DNA from: Alphaproteobacteria bacterium | Lineage (GTDB): Bacteria > Pseudomonadota > Alphaproteobacteria > GCA-016699305 | Reading direction: 5' to 3' | Assembly: GCA_016699305.1 (NCBI GenBank) | Contig: CP064970.1 | Span: 389,647 to 453,646, forward strand | Length of the DNA: 64,000 bases | Shown here: positions 1-11,547 of the stretch, in pieces | How positions within the stretch are numbered: position 1 is the stretch's first letter | How the letters are laid out: each line of letters starts with the position of its first letter | Made by a program: the position numbers and the translations under genes | The notes under the pieces: model-generated | The model's input: the letters and a program-made list of their open reading frames with translations, nothing else | Database searches by the model: none | What the model was told of the DNA's origin: nothing

Positions 1-141
1 CGATAATCGGTTCCATATCGCTATCTGCTTGAACCACAAGAATCTTGCGCGATGCGCTCACGTCCACAACCTCATTCTCATTCCTCATTGTAGATAGTTT
101 TCTGGCACGGCGTTTGCACATCAGGCAAGGGGGGCACCAAA

Positions 142-1218
142 ATGACTGATACAACATCAAACGTTTCCGAAATATCTACACGCCGAGATTGGTCGGTCGC
201 GGCCCCCGGTGGCTACGCCGAATCAGGTGGCCCACCACAAAACGTTGTGGATTTTACATTTAAAGATGCAATCGATACGATCAACCCGTTGCATCATATC
301 CCTGTCGTCAGCTCGCTATATCGCGGCTTGACCGGGGATAGCATCAGCGGACCGGCACGCAGCCTGGGCGATATGCTCTATGGCGGACCGATCGCGGCGG
401 TGACAGGGGCCATAGCTTCATTGATCGAGGATGTCACGGGTAAGGAACCGGGCGCACATGCCATCGCCATGCTAACCGGCCAAGAAGGACCGATTGCAGA
501 TCTTCTGGCCCCAGGACAAGGTGACGGCGCGGTTGATTCGAAAGATCCGGCTGCAACACCTACCGCCCCTATTATGGTGGCCGCCTTGAGCATGCCCGAC
601 ACGCCACCTCAATCTGTTGATAGCGAGCCGCCGTCCGAAGTGCTTTCAGCGGTTGAGCCTGCATTGGTCGAGCCGGCTATCTCGTCCGATGTCCTAGCAA
701 ACGAGGATGCAGAAGCCTCCCAAGCCGATGACGATGGGCCTGCTATCACAGATGAGGTGGAGTCAGGAGCGGCAGAGCAGAGCGACGAATTAGAACAATA
801 TGACAACAATGAAACCCATCCACCTGTCTCCACATCGCCGACACCCGAAACAACCGCGGCTAAAAATCCCTCTCACTTGGCCTATGGAGGCGTAATCGCA
901 CCCGCAGCCATGCCTGAGATGGTGACTGCCCCGAGGCAATCTGCCTTGGCCCTGTCTTCAGCCGCACGCAATATGCCCAGCACGTCATTTCATCCTCTGA
1001 CACTCAGTAACCCTATTCAAAAGCCAATTGCTTTGACACCACAACAAGTTCAAAGCGTGCAATCCCATACCGAACCAGCCAAGCAGACACAAAATCGTGG
1101 CAGTGATCCACTGCCACCCGCTTTAATTCATGATATGATGATGTTAAACCTTCAGAAATACAGTCAGATGCAAGGAGCGGGCCTGCCATCCCCCGTTTTT
1201 GGTGGTGGAGACGGATAA
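142..1218 (+). CDS. hypothetical protein, Pro/Ala/Asp-rich, no recognisable domain
   Basis: 358-aa ORF from track; acidic low-complexity C-terminal half; no motif recognised. Confidence 0.4.
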   Translation: MTDTTSNVSEISTRRDWSVAAPGGYAESGGPPQNVVDFTFKDAIDTINPLHHIPVVSSLYRGLTGDSISGPARSLGDMLYGGPIAAVTGAIASLIEDVTGKEPGAHAIAMLTGQEGPIADLLAPGQGDGAVDSKDPAATPTAPIMVAALSMPDTPPQSVDSEPPSEVLSAVEPALVEPAISSDVLANEDAEASQADDDGPAITDEVESGAAEQSDELEQYDNNETHPPVSTSPTPETTAAKNPSHLAYGGVIAPAAMPEMVTAPRQSALALSSAARNMPSTSFHPLTLSNPIQKPIALTPQQVQSVQSHTEPAKQTQNRGSDPLPPALIHDMMMLNLQKYSQMQGAGLPSPVFGGGDG

Positions 1219-1452
1219 GAAATTTAGCGTAATAATATACAATCCAAGACCTTCCGCATAAGGCTTGCCGAAACGACACGGAGCTTCCATACTGCCGGAA
1301 CTGTGTGGATGCAAAAGAGTCTTGGTTAACAGGGCTAAGCTTGCATACAGTGTCGGCACCTGGTCGGGATACGTCTTTTGATTCGCTTTCAAGACGCAAC
1401 TGACCGAGGCGGTGACTTTTGTAACTCATGGCAATAACGACGGTTCTGGCCA

Positions 1453-4400
1453 ATGTCCGACAAAGACACTCAACACATCCACAAACCCGCTCAGATGGGC
1501 GACTGGTTGACGACCGCTGTATGGATAACCGGCCTGGCCGCTTTCCTTGGCTTGGCCGTTGTCACGGCGCAGGTCAAGTCAGAGTACGACCGCTTGGCAG
1601 TGGCGCCGGTGGCCAGTGCCACCGCAGCGGCCTTGCCGCCTGAGATGGAAGAGATCCGCCAGTCTTTGGGATATAGCGGTTTTTCGGGCGCTATGACTCG
1701 CTTCTTACGCGATCGCAAGCCCGAACAACAAATGGAAATGCGTCAGTCTCTGGACAAGGCTTTGGCCTCATTGGATCGTCTGCGCGCCAAGGCCGCCGGT
1801 CAAGAAGCCCGCGCGATGGAAGCCGAATTACGCGCTTTGATGGGGCCGTTTCAACAGATCGAGGAAACCGCCGCACGCGCCGTGACCAATAGCGACGTGA
1901 CGTTTTCGGCCGGTACCGCCCTGCCCGCTTTGATGACCTTGCCGTTGATCGAAAACCGTTTGACACAGGCGCAAAACCTGATGGCCGGAGGTCAACAAAA
2001 GTCGACCGAAATCACGTGGCGTCAGGATCTTAGCCGCCTGAACCAACGATTATTCTTTCTGGCCGCTATCGGTTTGGGATTGGGACTCGTCCTGGCCGGA
2101 TCATTGGCCTGGGCGGTACGACGTCAGTTCCTGTCGCCCTTGAATTCCTTAGCCCGCAGCCTGATCGGTCTTGAAAAAGGCCAATTGGATCGCCCGGTAT
2201 GGGGGACCGAGGGCGAGGGCGAAATGGGAGAATTGGCGCGCCTTTTGGAGCGTCTGCGCCAACGCTTTGCTTCGGTTCCCGATGTCACCCTTCCCGAGGA
2301 GAAGGACCAAGAAGGCCTCCCCCTGCAGCTACGGTTTGAAGGCAAGGCGGCGGCGGTGTTTTCATCGTTGACCGACGAAATGTCGCGCGCCGTCGATTCC
2401 TTACAAGGTACCGAGCGCAAATTGATCGAAATGGTCGAACAAGAACGCAGCGGCTTCCAAGACGCCTCGCGTCATTGGCAAACTCAAAACGACTCCTTGT
2501 TGGTCCTGGCCGACCATATGCGCAATCAGATGGCGCAAACCGCCGACCGTCTCACCATGACTGAGATGAGCTTGCGCGAGATGCGCGACACAATCGTGGC
2601 GGATTTGGCAGGCTTGTCTGTCAGCCTGCGCGACCAGACGCAGCAGATGGGCATCACCGCCCAGCGTAGCGGCGAGGATTTGCGCGACTTCCTGGGCCGC
2701 GTAGAATTGGCCACCACCCAATCCTTGAACGATCTGCAAATATCCCTGCGCGAAGCCGTCGATGGGGCCAGCCGCTCCGCGCGTCAAGAAGGCGAAGGAT
2801 TCCGTTCGACCGTGCAGGCTTTGGAGTCGGATATTTCCCAGACACTGCATCAATTGACCGACCGTTTGGAGGTCGAGGCCGCCTTGCGCATGCGTACCTT
2901 AAACGAGGAAAACGATTCGCTTCGCGCCGCCATGGCCGATCTGCGCGATACCTCGCTGGGCCAGGTGAAGGAATTGGCCGGTGACCTTTCTAATGAAATG
3001 CGCCAGATGCTTACAGACACACGCCGCGAAGGTGAAATCTCGCGTGAGGCGTTGCAGTCATGGCAGCAGGCTTTGGCAGAGCGCACTCAGGGACTGGCCG
3101 AGCAGCTTAGCTACCGTATGCAGGAATTGCAGGACAACGCCACGACCCACTTTCAGGCTCTGCGCGATTCCGCCACACAGCATATGGATGTGACCCAATC
3201 CGGCCTGACCGAGCAGGCGCGCCGTTTGGAGATGACCGCCCAGACGGGCCAGGAGATACTGGACAGAGGATTAAACGATCTACGCCAGTCTGTTACGGGC
3301 ATTATCGGTCAAATTGCAAACGAGATGACCGGCGAATCCGCGCGTATGTGGCAGCGTCTGGAACAAGAGGCCATCTCGTCACGCGACGCTTCGGAAGGCT
3401 GGCGTCAGTCTGTCAGCGGAGAGATCCAAGCGACGCAGCGCATGATGATCGACGCCTTACGCCAGACCCAGGATAACTTCGTCAACGAGATCAACACGTC
3501 CTGGTCCGGCGCACAGCGCGGCCAAGTCGATCTGCGCGAGGCCTTGGCCGAGATCCACGGCGTGGTATCGACTGGCCTTGTCGAGGTCAAATCGGTTTTG
3601 GGTCAGCATATGGAAGGCGTACAGTCTTTGGCCGAGCGCGAAAGCAGCGTGACCGCCGAATCCTTGCGCGGTTGGCGCGACGCCTTGGATGTCGGCATGT
3701 CGGCTCTGCGCGACAATGTGGTCGCGCATATGCAAACGCTGGGCGATTTGGCCGGACAAGGGCAAGACCGCGTGTCGCATGCCGTTGGCGAACTGCAAGA
3801 CGCATTCAACGACGCTTGGCAGCGTTTTGAGACTCAGCTGAACGAACGCACAGGAACGGTGACGGAAATCGTCCGCCTAACGGCCAACGAGACGCAAGAC
3901 GCCCTGCGCGGCTTGCTGAACATCAATCGCAATCTGGGTCGCGCCAGCGAAGACGCGCAGTCCCTGGTGGCCAAATACGACGCCGGATTGCAGCGCAGCG
4001 TGGGCCGCATGGAAGCCGTGGTGCTGACCATGGAGAACGAGAGCGGCTCGGCTCGCCAAGCGGCCATATCGGCGCATCAGCAGGCGGAAACCACCTTGGC
4101 CTTACTGCAACAGGCGCAAGAAGCCATGCGCGATCTGTTGACGGGCCTGGCACGGCGCGTCAGCGAAACCGTGAATGTGACCCAGGACCTACGCCAAGCC
4201 ACCAATCGCTTGACCGAACAGGGCCAACGCACCGCCGAAGAATTCTCGATGACACTGGCCGATATGCGCCAGCAGACCGGCGAAATCCAAGGTCGCTTGG
4301 TCGAGGCCCAGAGCCTGGTCGGCACGGCCAGCAGTTCGCTTCGTTCGGCCGAAGGCGAATTCGTCGCCGCCACCGCCGAGATGCGTTCGCGCCGCGACGT

Positions 4401-4959
4401 GTTGGACAATCTGGTTCTGGAATTGCGCCAATCGCTGCAAGGTGCCTTCGACTCAAGCCTGCAAAAGGAAGAAGACTGGCGTTTGATGATGAACCGCGTA
4501 TCGGGCAATCTGGAATCCACCATCCGCGAAGTGATGAGCGAGATCGGGCAGCAGATCGCGCAGACGCAGCATCAATTCGGCATGCTGACCCAGCAGGTGG
4601 AACGTTTGTCGGATCAGACAGACTCGGCTTCGCAGCACACGATGCGCGTGATTACCTCTCTGTCGCAACAGGGCCAGCAGGCCATCTCCACCACGGGCGA
4701 GATCGAACGCCGCCTGGAGATGATGACCAGCCGTCTGGACAACGCCGCCAAGGACAACACGCAAAGCATCTCGCGCATGAGCGAGGATGTGGTGATGCGC
4801 GTCGCGACGCTGCAATCGTCGCTCAACGGCACGTTGGAGCGTCTGGCCATCCTCGGCCAATTGACCTCCACATTGGGCGCCGTGGCCGGTCAGCTGGGGC
4901 AGTTGGTGCCCGTTTTGTCCGCTCTGCCCTTAGTGGACAACGAAGCCCGCCGCGCGTAA
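1453..4959 (+). CDS. membrane-anchored HAMP-domain protein with ~900-aa coiled-coil cytoplasmic region
   Basis: Two hydrophobic segments (WLTTAVWITGLAAFLGLAVV; LFFLAAIGLGLGLVLAGSLAWAV) followed by HAMP-like RRQFLSPLNSLARSLIGLEKGQLD...GEMGELARLL, then long heptad-like Q/E/R/L-rich sequence; no MCP signalling motif seen. Confidence 0.6.
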   Translation: MSDKDTQHIHKPAQMGDWLTTAVWITGLAAFLGLAVVTAQVKSEYDRLAVAPVASATAAALPPEMEEIRQSLGYSGFSGAMTRFLRDRKPEQQMEMRQSLDKALASLDRLRAKAAGQEARAMEAELRALMGPFQQIEETAARAVTNSDVTFSAGTALPALMTLPLIENRLTQAQNLMAGGQQKSTEITWRQDLSRLNQRLFFLAAIGLGLGLVLAGSLAWAVRRQFLSPLNSLARSLIGLEKGQLDRPVWGTEGEGEMGELARLLERLRQRFASVPDVTLPEEKDQEGLPLQLRFEGKAAAVFSSLTDEMSRAVDSLQGTERKLIEMVEQERSGFQDASRHWQTQNDSLLVLADHMRNQMAQTADRLTMTEMSLREMRDTIVADLAGLSVSLRDQTQQMGITAQRSGEDLRDFLGRVELATTQSLNDLQISLREAVDGASRSARQEGEGFRSTVQALESDISQTLHQLTDRLEVEAALRMRTLNEENDSLRAAMADLRDTSLGQVKELAGDLSNEMRQMLTDTRREGEISREALQSWQQALAERTQGLAEQLSYRMQELQDNATTHFQALRDSATQHMDVTQSGLTEQARRLEMTAQTGQEILDRGLNDLRQSVTGIIGQIANEMTGESARMWQRLEQEAISSRDASEGWRQSVSGEIQATQRMMIDALRQTQDNFVNEINTSWSGAQRGQVDLREALAEIHGVVSTGLVEVKSVLGQHMEGVQSLAERESSVTAESLRGWRDALDVGMSALRDNVVAHMQTLGDLAGQGQDRVSHAVGELQDAFNDAWQRFETQLNERTGTVTEIVRLTANETQDALRGLLNINRNLGRASEDAQSLVAKYDAGLQRSVGRMEAVVLTMENESGSARQAAISAHQQAETTLALLQQAQEAMRDLLTGLARRVSETVNVTQDLRQATNRLTEQGQRTAEEFSMTLADMRQQTGEIQGRLVEAQSLVGTASSSLRSAEGEFVAATAEMRSRRDVLDNLVLELRQSLQGAFDSSLQKEEDWRLMMNRVSGNLESTIREVMSEIGQQIAQTQHQFGMLTQQVERLSDQTDSASQHTMRVITSLSQQGQQAISTTGEIERRLEMMTSRLDNAAKDNTQSISRMSEDVVMRVATLQSSLNGTLERLAILGQLTSTLGAVAGQLGQLVPVLSALPLVDNEARRA

Positions 4960-5131
4960 ACGCCTATCTTCCTGATAAGATGGATCACGGCTCGGCCTTC
5001 TTGGCTAAACGGGAGCGCATCTCGCGTCGATTGATCAAATTTTCAACAAATCCTCGGCATAATCAGCCGGATATCAATCATGGCCGTTTTATCATCCGAT
5101 ATAGCCCGATCTTGGGCAGAGGTGATGTGCC

Positions 5132-5980
5132 ATGGTCGAACACAACAAACGAATTACCGAGATATCCTACAATAAGGACGGCTTTCGATCGAACCTGGCC
5201 GCCAAAAAAGGCGTCTATTACCTCGAGTTCGATCATGGGTTGGTCGATCGCGCCAAGATCACCGGTCATCCCGAGAGCGACCCCGCGCCGTTCTTCCCCA
5301 GGGCCTTTTTGCGTCTGGACCAGGGGTATGATGCCCCCGAGAAGGCGCAAGAAGTGGCCTCACTCGTGGAAAATCTGTTCCACGAGCATAGAAAGGATGT
5401 CTTTCCTAACGAAAAGGCTTCCTTGCGGCGCGGCGGCATGTTCCACGATGCCGAACAAGCGCGGCTGACCATAAAATCCCTTGCTGACTTCGCGCAGGCC
5501 GAGGGGCCACAGGCGATGGTAACGGCGATCGCCACCGGCCTTGGAATCCCTGTTCAGGAAATGTCACCCACAGACGCCAAACCCGCTTTGGACCCCGGAC
5601 AGGAATGGGGCGGCAGAACATGGGCAAAAATGGAATCCGTGATTAAACTCGGCGACTCGCATTTCATGTGTGTATCCGCGCCCTATGGCGCGCCTGAGGT
5701 GCATTTTGTAAACAAACTGGGCGACGCGAAAGAATCGTACGCTTTCGCTTCTGCCATGGAGCCCGAGGAACTAAAAAAAGGAATCTCAAGTTTCGTCAAT
5801 CATGCCTGCGATGGCGTCAAGCTGGGACGCAACGCCACGGCCCTAAGAGAAACGCTACTACAAGAGGGATTGTCACAACACAGGCTGTGCCGCCCACAAA
5901 CAGAAGCCCCGCAGCGCCATGCCGAAAAGCCCCGCATGACACATGCGGCCTATGGACAGGTGCAGCTTAGGTGTGGATGA
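5132..5980 (+). CDS. hypothetical protein
   Basis: 282-aa ORF; overlapping alternative-frame ORF 4980..5468 judged less likely; no motif recognised. Confidence 0.35.
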   Translation: MVEHNKRITEISYNKDGFRSNLAAKKGVYYLEFDHGLVDRAKITGHPESDPAPFFPRAFLRLDQGYDAPEKAQEVASLVENLFHEHRKDVFPNEKASLRRGGMFHDAEQARLTIKSLADFAQAEGPQAMVTAIATGLGIPVQEMSPTDAKPALDPGQEWGGRTWAKMESVIKLGDSHFMCVSAPYGAPEVHFVNKLGDAKESYAFASAMEPEELKKGISSFVNHACDGVKLGRNATALRETLLQEGLSQHRLCRPQTEAPQRHAEKPRMTHAAYGQVQLRCG

Positions 5981-6193
5981 AGAATCTTCCGGTAAAAGCA
6001 CGGAAGTCCTGGAACGCCCATTATACTGCAACAACGCCCTAGGCTCGAGCAGGCATGATGCTAAGCGGGCTGTTTAAGGAATTAGCAGAAAGATGCGGCG
6101 CTGACCCAAACGAGTAGTAAGAAAGAGAGGCGATCATCAAGGACCCAACCCATTTAACAGTCCTAGGCCGATCGCCTCAATCCCCCTTTTTGA

Positions 6194-7531
6194 CTAATAC
6201 CGATAACGATCGTCCTTATATGGACCACCCACCGGCACGCCCAGATAGTCGGCTTGCTTCTGGCTTAGATGAGTCAGCTTGACGCCGATCTTATCCAAAT
6301 GTAGCCGCGCGACCTTTTCATCCAACTGTTTGGGCAGGGTATAGACCTTGTTTTCGTATTTCTTGTGGTTCTGCCACAGCTCGATCTGCGCCAAGACCTG
6401 GTTGGTAAAGGACGCGCTCATCACGAAGCTGGGATGGCCCTTGGCGCAGCCCAGATTGACCAAGCGTCCCTTGGCCAGCACGATCAGGCGCTTGCCATCG
6501 GGGAAGACCACCTCATCCACCTGAGGCTTCACCTCTTCCCAACGATAGTTACGCAACGAGGCGATATCGATCTCCGAGTCGAAATGGCCGATATTGCACA
6601 AGATCGCGCCGCTCTTCATGTGGCGCATGTGGTCCAAGGTCACCACATCGACATTGCCGGTGGCGGTGACGAAGATATCGCCATAGCCGGCGGCCTCCTC
6701 CATCGTGGTGACCTGATAGCCTTCCATCGCCGCCTGCAAGGCCGTGATCGGGTCGATCTCGGTCACCAAAACGCGCGCGCCTTGGCCGCGCAGCGAGGCG
6801 GCGGAACCCTTGCCCACATCGCCATAGCCGCACACCACGGCCACCTTGCCCGCCAACATGACGCCGGTGGCGCGTTTGATGCCATCCACCAAGCTTTCGC
6901 GGCACCCATACAGATTATCGAATTTCGACTTGGTGACGCTGTCATTCACATTGATCGCCGGAACCATCAGATTCCCCGCGCGGGCGCGTTCGTACAGACG
7001 ATGCACGCCCGTGGTCGTCTCCTCGGACAAGCCCCTGACATCCTTCATCAGGTCTGCATGATTCGCATGCATGACCTCGGTCAGGTCGCCGCCATCGTCC
7101 AACAGCATATTGGGACGCCAGCCATCGGGACCGGTGATGGTTTGTTCGATGCACCACAAAGATTCGTCTTCGGTCTGGCCCTTCCAGGCAAAAACAGGGA
7201 TGCCAGCCGCCGCGATGGCCGCCGCCGCCTGATCCTGTGTCGAATAGATGTTGCATGAGGACCAGCGAATTTCCGCGCCCAATTCACGCAAGGTTTCAAT
7301 CAGAACCGCCGTTTCCGTGGTCATGTGCAGACAGCCCGCGATGCGCGCGCCCTTAAGCGGCTTGGTCTTGCCATACTCCGCGCGCAGGGCCATCAGGCCG
7401 GGCATCTCGCCTTCGGCAATGCGGATTTCTCGCCGACCCCAATCGGCCAACGACATATCTTGTACCTTGAAATCACCCGAAGCCGGCGGGGCGGCATGAT
7501 CGTTTTTGGGGGAAGCGGCCTTGGCCGACAT
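6194..7531 (-). CDS. ahcY: adenosylhomocysteinase
   Basis: Translation matches S-adenosyl-L-homocysteine hydrolase throughout ([21 protein letters not shown]..., NAD-binding [10 protein letters not shown]); start moved to second ATG (7531) because AAGGAGG lies 7 nt upstream. Confidence 0.93.
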   Translation of the reverse strand: MSAKAASPKNDHAAPPASGDFKVQDMSLADWGRREIRIAEGEMPGLMALRAEYGKTKPLKGARIAGCLHMTTETAVLIETLRELGAEIRWSSCNIYSTQDQAAAAIAAAGIPVFAWKGQTEDESLWCIEQTITGPDGWRPNMLLDDGGDLTEVMHANHADLMKDVRGLSEETTTGVHRLYERARAGNLMVPAINVNDSVTKSKFDNLYGCRESLVDGIKRATGVMLAGKVAVVCGYGDVGKGSAASLRGQGARVLVTEIDPITALQAAMEGYQVTTMEEAAGYGDIFVTATGNVDVVTLDHMRHMKSGAILCNIGHFDSEIDIASLRNYRWEEVKPQVDEVVFPDGKRLIVLAKGRLVNLGCAKGHPSFVMSASFTNQVLAQIELWQNHKKYENKVYTLPKQLDEKVARLHLDKIGVKLTHLSQKQADYLGVPVGGPYKDDRYRY

Positions 7532-7651
7532 GGGATCCTCCTTAGAAAGACTTTGTTTCATGTGATAACGGAAGGCGCAGCATATCCCATGCCAATGCCT
7601 ACGGCAACCAGGCCAACCGACCTAAAATAAGCCGAACCTAGTACGAGACTT

Positions 7652-8662
7652 TCACAGCCAGCCCTTACGTTTGAACAACCACACGGGAACCACGGCGGAT
7701 AGCGCAATCACTACCAATGCCAAAGGATAGGCCCAAGGCTGCTCCAATTCGGGCATATGGCGGAAATTCATTCCGTAAATGCTGGCGATCAAAGTCGGCG
7801 GAAGAAATGCCGCAGCGGCAACCGAAAATATCTTGATGATGTTGTTTTGCTCGATGGAAATCAGTCCCAACACGGCATCCAGTAGAAACGTGGTCTCATG
7901 CGCCAGGAATTGCGCATGGTCGCTCAGCGAGCGCAAATCCGTGTCCAGGGTGCGGATGCGCGAGCTTTGCTCCTTGGTCAAACGGCCCAAGAAGTTCGTG
8001 TCCATAAAGACCTGAAGCCGCAACATGCCGTTCAGGCATTCGCGGATTTTGTGGATCATGTCGCCCGACTGGCTAAGGCCGCGCATGGCCGTATCCAGCC
8101 ATTTGCCGTGATAGCGGGGGGTCAGTTGATGCTTTTTCTTTTGTTCCAGCGCGTGATCGGCGTTCTGCTGGAATATCTCGGTTGAAAGATCGTCGATCTG
8201 ATGGGCGACATATTCCAGAATATCCGCCGTGCGATCAGCCACCGCATCCAACATGCACAAAGCCGCGTCAACAGAAGTCGCCAACATGTCCGGCTGACGG
8301 CGGATGCGGAACGCGAAGGTATCCAGGGCGCGCGGTTTGCAAAACCGCACCGTCAACATATGGGTGGGCGTGATCACGATGGTCAAATCGTCGACAGTCG
8401 GATGAATGCTCTCGGCCGCCGAGAGGATCGAGGTGGTCATGAACAAAGCATCGCCTTCCAGATATAAACGACTGGATGCCTCGATCTCCTCCATTTCAGA
8501 CAGAGTCGGCAGGTCCAAGGATAATGCCTTCGAGATATAATTCCGTTCTTCCTCCTCGGGCTGCAACAGATCGATCCACACAGTGCTCTCGGGAACGTCC
8601 TGCCCCGGTTCCAAACGCACGTCATGCACGCGGCCATCACGCAAGGCATAGGCGGTAATCAT
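7652..8662 (-). CDS. corA: magnesium/cobalt transporter CorA
   Basis: C-terminal two TM helices with YGMNF (GMN) signature; ATGA overlap with folD stop. Confidence 0.88.
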   Translation of the reverse strand: MITAYALRDGRVHDVRLEPGQDVPESTVWIDLLQPEEEERNYISKALSLDLPTLSEMEEIEASSRLYLEGDALFMTTSILSAAESIHPTVDDLTIVITPTHMLTVRFCKPRALDTFAFRIRRQPDMLATSVDAALCMLDAVADRTADILEYVAHQIDDLSTEIFQQNADHALEQKKKHQLTPRYHGKWLDTAMRGLSQSGDMIHKIRECLNGMLRLQVFMDTNFLGRLTKEQSSRIRTLDTDLRSLSDHAQFLAHETTFLLDAVLGLISIEQNNIIKIFSVAAAAFLPPTLIASIYGMNFRHMPELEQPWAYPLALVVIALSAVVPVWLFKRKGWL

Positions 8663-9546
8663 TGCGGCACCCCCATTCCCTGGAGCGCGCAGGCCGCCTC
8701 AAGCGTATTGGCAAACAGACACGCAATCGTCATCGGTCCCACGCCGCCGGGGACAGGCGTGATGAATCCGGCTCGGGAGGCCGCCTCGTCAAACGCCACA
8801 TCGCCCACAAGAGTGGTCTTGTCTGCCTGTTCGAGTCGGCTGATCCCCACATCGATCACGCATGCCCCGGGCTTGATCCAATCGCCGCGCACCATCCCAG
8901 CCTGACCTGTGGCCGCGACAAGGATATCCGCCTGCCGAGATTCGGCAGCCAGATCGCGGCTGCGCGAATGGGTGCTGGTGACCGTGCAATCCGCATGCAG
9001 CAGCATGGCCGCCATGGGACGCCCCACAAGATTCGAACGTCCCAACACCACAGCTTTTAATCCTGACAGATTCTCACCCAAAGCCTCGCGGATCAGCATC
9101 ATGCATCCGCGCGGTGTGCAAGGCTGCAACCCCGGCAAGCCCAGATTCAAACGCCCGACATTCAACGGATGAAGACCATCGACATCCTTATCCGGCGCGA
9201 TGGCGGCAATGATGGTCGAAGCGGATAACGGCTTGGGCAAAGGCATCTGCACCAATATTCCATGCACGTCGGATGCTTGGTTCAGCGTGCCAATCAGGGC
9301 CAGCAGCTCATCTTGTGGGATCGTGGCCGGCAGGGTATGCACCACCGAATGCATTCCGATACTCTCGGCGGTACGTTTCTTATTGCGGATATAGATTTGG
9401 CTGGCCGGATCATCGCCCACCAACACCGCCGCCAAACATGGAACCGTGCCGCCCCGCTTTTGCAGCACATCGACCTTGCGCGACACATCGCCCAAAAGCC
9501 GTGTCGATAACGCCTTGCCGTCTATGATGCGGGCCGCTGTCGTCAT
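8659..9546 (-). CDS. folD: bifunctional methylenetetrahydrofolate dehydrogenase/cyclohydrolase
   Basis: [11 protein letters not shown]...[16 protein letters not shown]... FolD family; start set at [11 protein letters not shown] (ORF track starts 15 codons upstream). Confidence 0.88.
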   Translation of the reverse strand: MTTAARIIDGKALSTRLLGDVSRKVDVLQKRGGTVPCLAAVLVGDDPASQIYIRNKKRTAESIGMHSVVHTLPATIPQDELLALIGTLNQASDVHGILVQMPLPKPLSASTIIAAIAPDKDVDGLHPLNVGRLNLGLPGLQPCTPRGCMMLIREALGENLSGLKAVVLGRSNLVGRPMAAMLLHADCTVTSTHSRSRDLAAESRQADILVAATGQAGMVRGDWIKPGACVIDVGISRLEQADKTTLVGDVAFDEAASRAGFITPVPGGVGPMTIACLFANTLEAACALQGMGVPQ

Positions 9547-9571
9547 GATGCGTTCCGATATCTCCTCGTCA

Positions 9572-9853
9572 TCACAATGGGCCGTATTCACGCATCAAAT
9601 TGCGCAAAAATACGATCACAAGGATCACCACGATCGGCGATAGGTCCACGCCACCGATGCTGGGAAGGAAGCGACGAATGCGGGCCAAGACCGGCTCGGT
9701 GATCTGGTGCATAAAGCCCAGAATTGCCCGAACCGCCGGGTTATAGACATTGATGACGTTGAACGCCACCAACCAACTGACGATGGCCGAAATGATGATG
9801 ACCCACAAATACATATCCAGCGCCAAATCCAGCACGATGAACAACGATGTCAT
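9572..9853 (-). CDS. yggT: YggT family membrane protein
   Basis: 93-aa hydrophobic protein from internal Met [28 protein letters not shown]...; GGAGA RBS upstream; ORF-track N-terminal extension judged spurious. Confidence 0.65.
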   Translation of the reverse strand: MTSLFIVLDLALDMYLWVIIISAIVSWLVAFNVINVYNPAVRAILGFMHQITEPVLARIRRFLPSIGGVDLSPIVVILVIVFLRNLMREYGPL

Positions 9854-10112
9854 CGGGTATCTCCATTCTTGTTTTCGTCTCCCGCACCCATCGGGCGGGT
9901 TCGTGGTGGAGGTTAGCAGCCTGGAAGGTCGCGTCAATCTTTTGCAGATTGACACCAAGAGATGAAAAAAAGCTCAAGTTGCGCTTATCGCCACAAGAAA
10001 GCAGCGCCGCGAGGGAAAGCGGCGCTGCCTGGGGAGGGATAAATGATGTAAAGAAAACACAGAAGAAGCAGTAATCACCCACGCAAAAAACCGATTTTTT
10101 CCATGGCATCCC

Positions 10113-10946
10113 TTATGTTGGCACATATGTCGATTTTGTAAGGGAACGCCATTCGTGATCGTGATCAGGCCGAGTCAGCTTGTGTTGATGGCGATTTCCA
10201 GCGTGTACTGCACGAGTGGGACCCGGATCTCGTGAACCTGGCTTGGTAATCAACGAATTACAGTAGTCTGACGCCACTTTAGGTAACGTAACATGGGCCT
10301 TTGCTGCCGCATCAACACACTGCTGGGCCGCTTTGGGGGCCAATGCTCTGTTAATAGCCATGACGACCTGAATAGCTTGATAATTGTCGATATGATCCTC
10401 TTCATGCCGGGATATCTCTGCTTTTGTGGTCGTAACCTCTTTGGAGATAGCGTCAAAGCTGTTGACTTTGCCTTCGGCATGAACTGAAAAGTCATCTATA
10501 GCTCTGGTGTCGCCAGTATAAGCCGCATATGAGGCAACCTCGCGAATGACCCCTTCACGAAGTTCAGCAACATCTTTGCTCGACCCAATCGGAACAAATT
10601 TAGGGTCAAGGAAACGCGCGAAATGTAAGAGCGCCAGATGACGGTAATAGGGCGAATTGTCACTATCCTTGTCATCTGGATGTGACTCATCCGAATTCAG
10701 CACATTATAGATCGCCCCAAGCCTTTCACGATAGACATTCTTTAGACTCACACATTGATCATCGCTAGCCCGATTATCGCCTGGGGCCTGCATTTTCTCG
10801 AAAAAATCTTCCATCACGGCCTTGTAATTTGCACGGCCAGCCTCCATCAATTTATAGCATTCAGTTGGCGGTATCGAGACGAGATTGAGACCAGGTTTTT
10901 CCGACCGATGTTCGAGAGCCGCATAACCAGATACGATGGTACTCAT
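10113..10946 (-). CDS. hypothetical protein, lower-GC gene adjacent to tRNA
   Basis: ORF with AGGAGGG RBS before second Met (MSTIVSGYAALEH); visibly AT-richer than flanking core genes; no motif recognised. Confidence 0.5.
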   Translation of the reverse strand: MSTIVSGYAALEHRSEKPGLNLVSIPPTECYKLMEAGRANYKAVMEDFFEKMQAPGDNRASDDQCVSLKNVYRERLGAIYNVLNSDESHPDDKDSDNSPYYRHLALLHFARFLDPKFVPIGSSKDVAELREGVIREVASYAAYTGDTRAIDDFSVHAEGKVNSFDAISKEVTTTKAEISRHEEDHIDNYQAIQVVMAINRALAPKAAQQCVDAAAKAHVTLPKVASDYCNSLITKPGSRDPGPTRAVHAGNRHQHKLTRPDHDHEWRSLTKSTYVPT

Positions 10947-11273
10947 TGTTCCCTCCTGCCTCTCGTTATTCATGGCGTCATAGACATAACTTCTATGATG
11001 AAATTATATTTGTATAAAATTAAAAACGCAACTATTCTTTATGTGAATTGTCATATAGTTTCATTTTATCACAACTTGTTATGAATATTTACAGGATATA
11101 AAAACACCTACTTATCTAGTGGGCTTGATTTTTGCGGGTTTCGCTCTTTTTCCCCTTCTCATAATCCGTTTCTCGCCCCGCGCGCTGATTTGGTATGCAG
11201 ATAACTCCGTTAGGCATACACACATCGCCCTGCCGGACAGGATAAATCTGTGGTAACGCCGAAAAAGAAGTAT

Positions 11274-11348
11274 TGGTAGCAGCGGAGGGATTTGAACCCC
11301 CGACCAAGGGATTATGATTCCCCTGCTCTACCGCTGAGCTACGCTGCC
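11274..11348 (-). tRNA. tRNA-Met (anticodon CAT; elongator Met or Ile2-lysidine type cannot be distinguished)
   Basis: Minus-strand sequence GGCAGCGTAGCTCAGCGGTAGAGCAGGGGAATCATAATCCCTTGGTCGGGGGTTCAAATCCCTCCGCTGCTACCA folds by hand into cloverleaf: 7-bp acceptor, U8, D-arm GCTC/GAGC, anticodon loop AUCAUAA, T-loop TTCAAAT, encoded CCA. Confidence 0.85.
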
Positions 11349-11547
11349 ACAAACGGAGACGCAGCATATACTGATCGGCTGGCTCTGCCAAGGGATTCAG
11401 CAATTCTGGTTTTATGGGAACGAGGAAGTTTAAAACGAGGAAAGGGTAAAAGCAGAAGCTGTTAGTGTCGGCACGTTGTCCATGTGGGAAGTTTTTACAT
11501 GCGCCTGACAATCTTAATCATTCAACTGGCTTGGAAGTTGAAGAACC

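Noticed and set aside
6365-7258. 297-aa plus-strand ORF
   Set aside because: Antisense shadow of ahcY; no recognisable motifs
7562-7651. SAH riboswitch upstream of ahcY
   Set aside because: The 90-nt leader shows none of the conserved SAH riboswitch sequence blocks I can recall; a covariance-model search would be needed to be sure
9960-10110. Direct repeat of the tRNA-Met 3' end marking an island boundary
   Set aside because: Only an 8-nt match (GGAGGGAT) was seen, which is within chance expectation
11116-11511. 131-aa minus-strand ORF
   Set aside because: Overlaps the tRNA-Met gene; the tRNA cloverleaf is well supported and the ORF has no RBS or motifs
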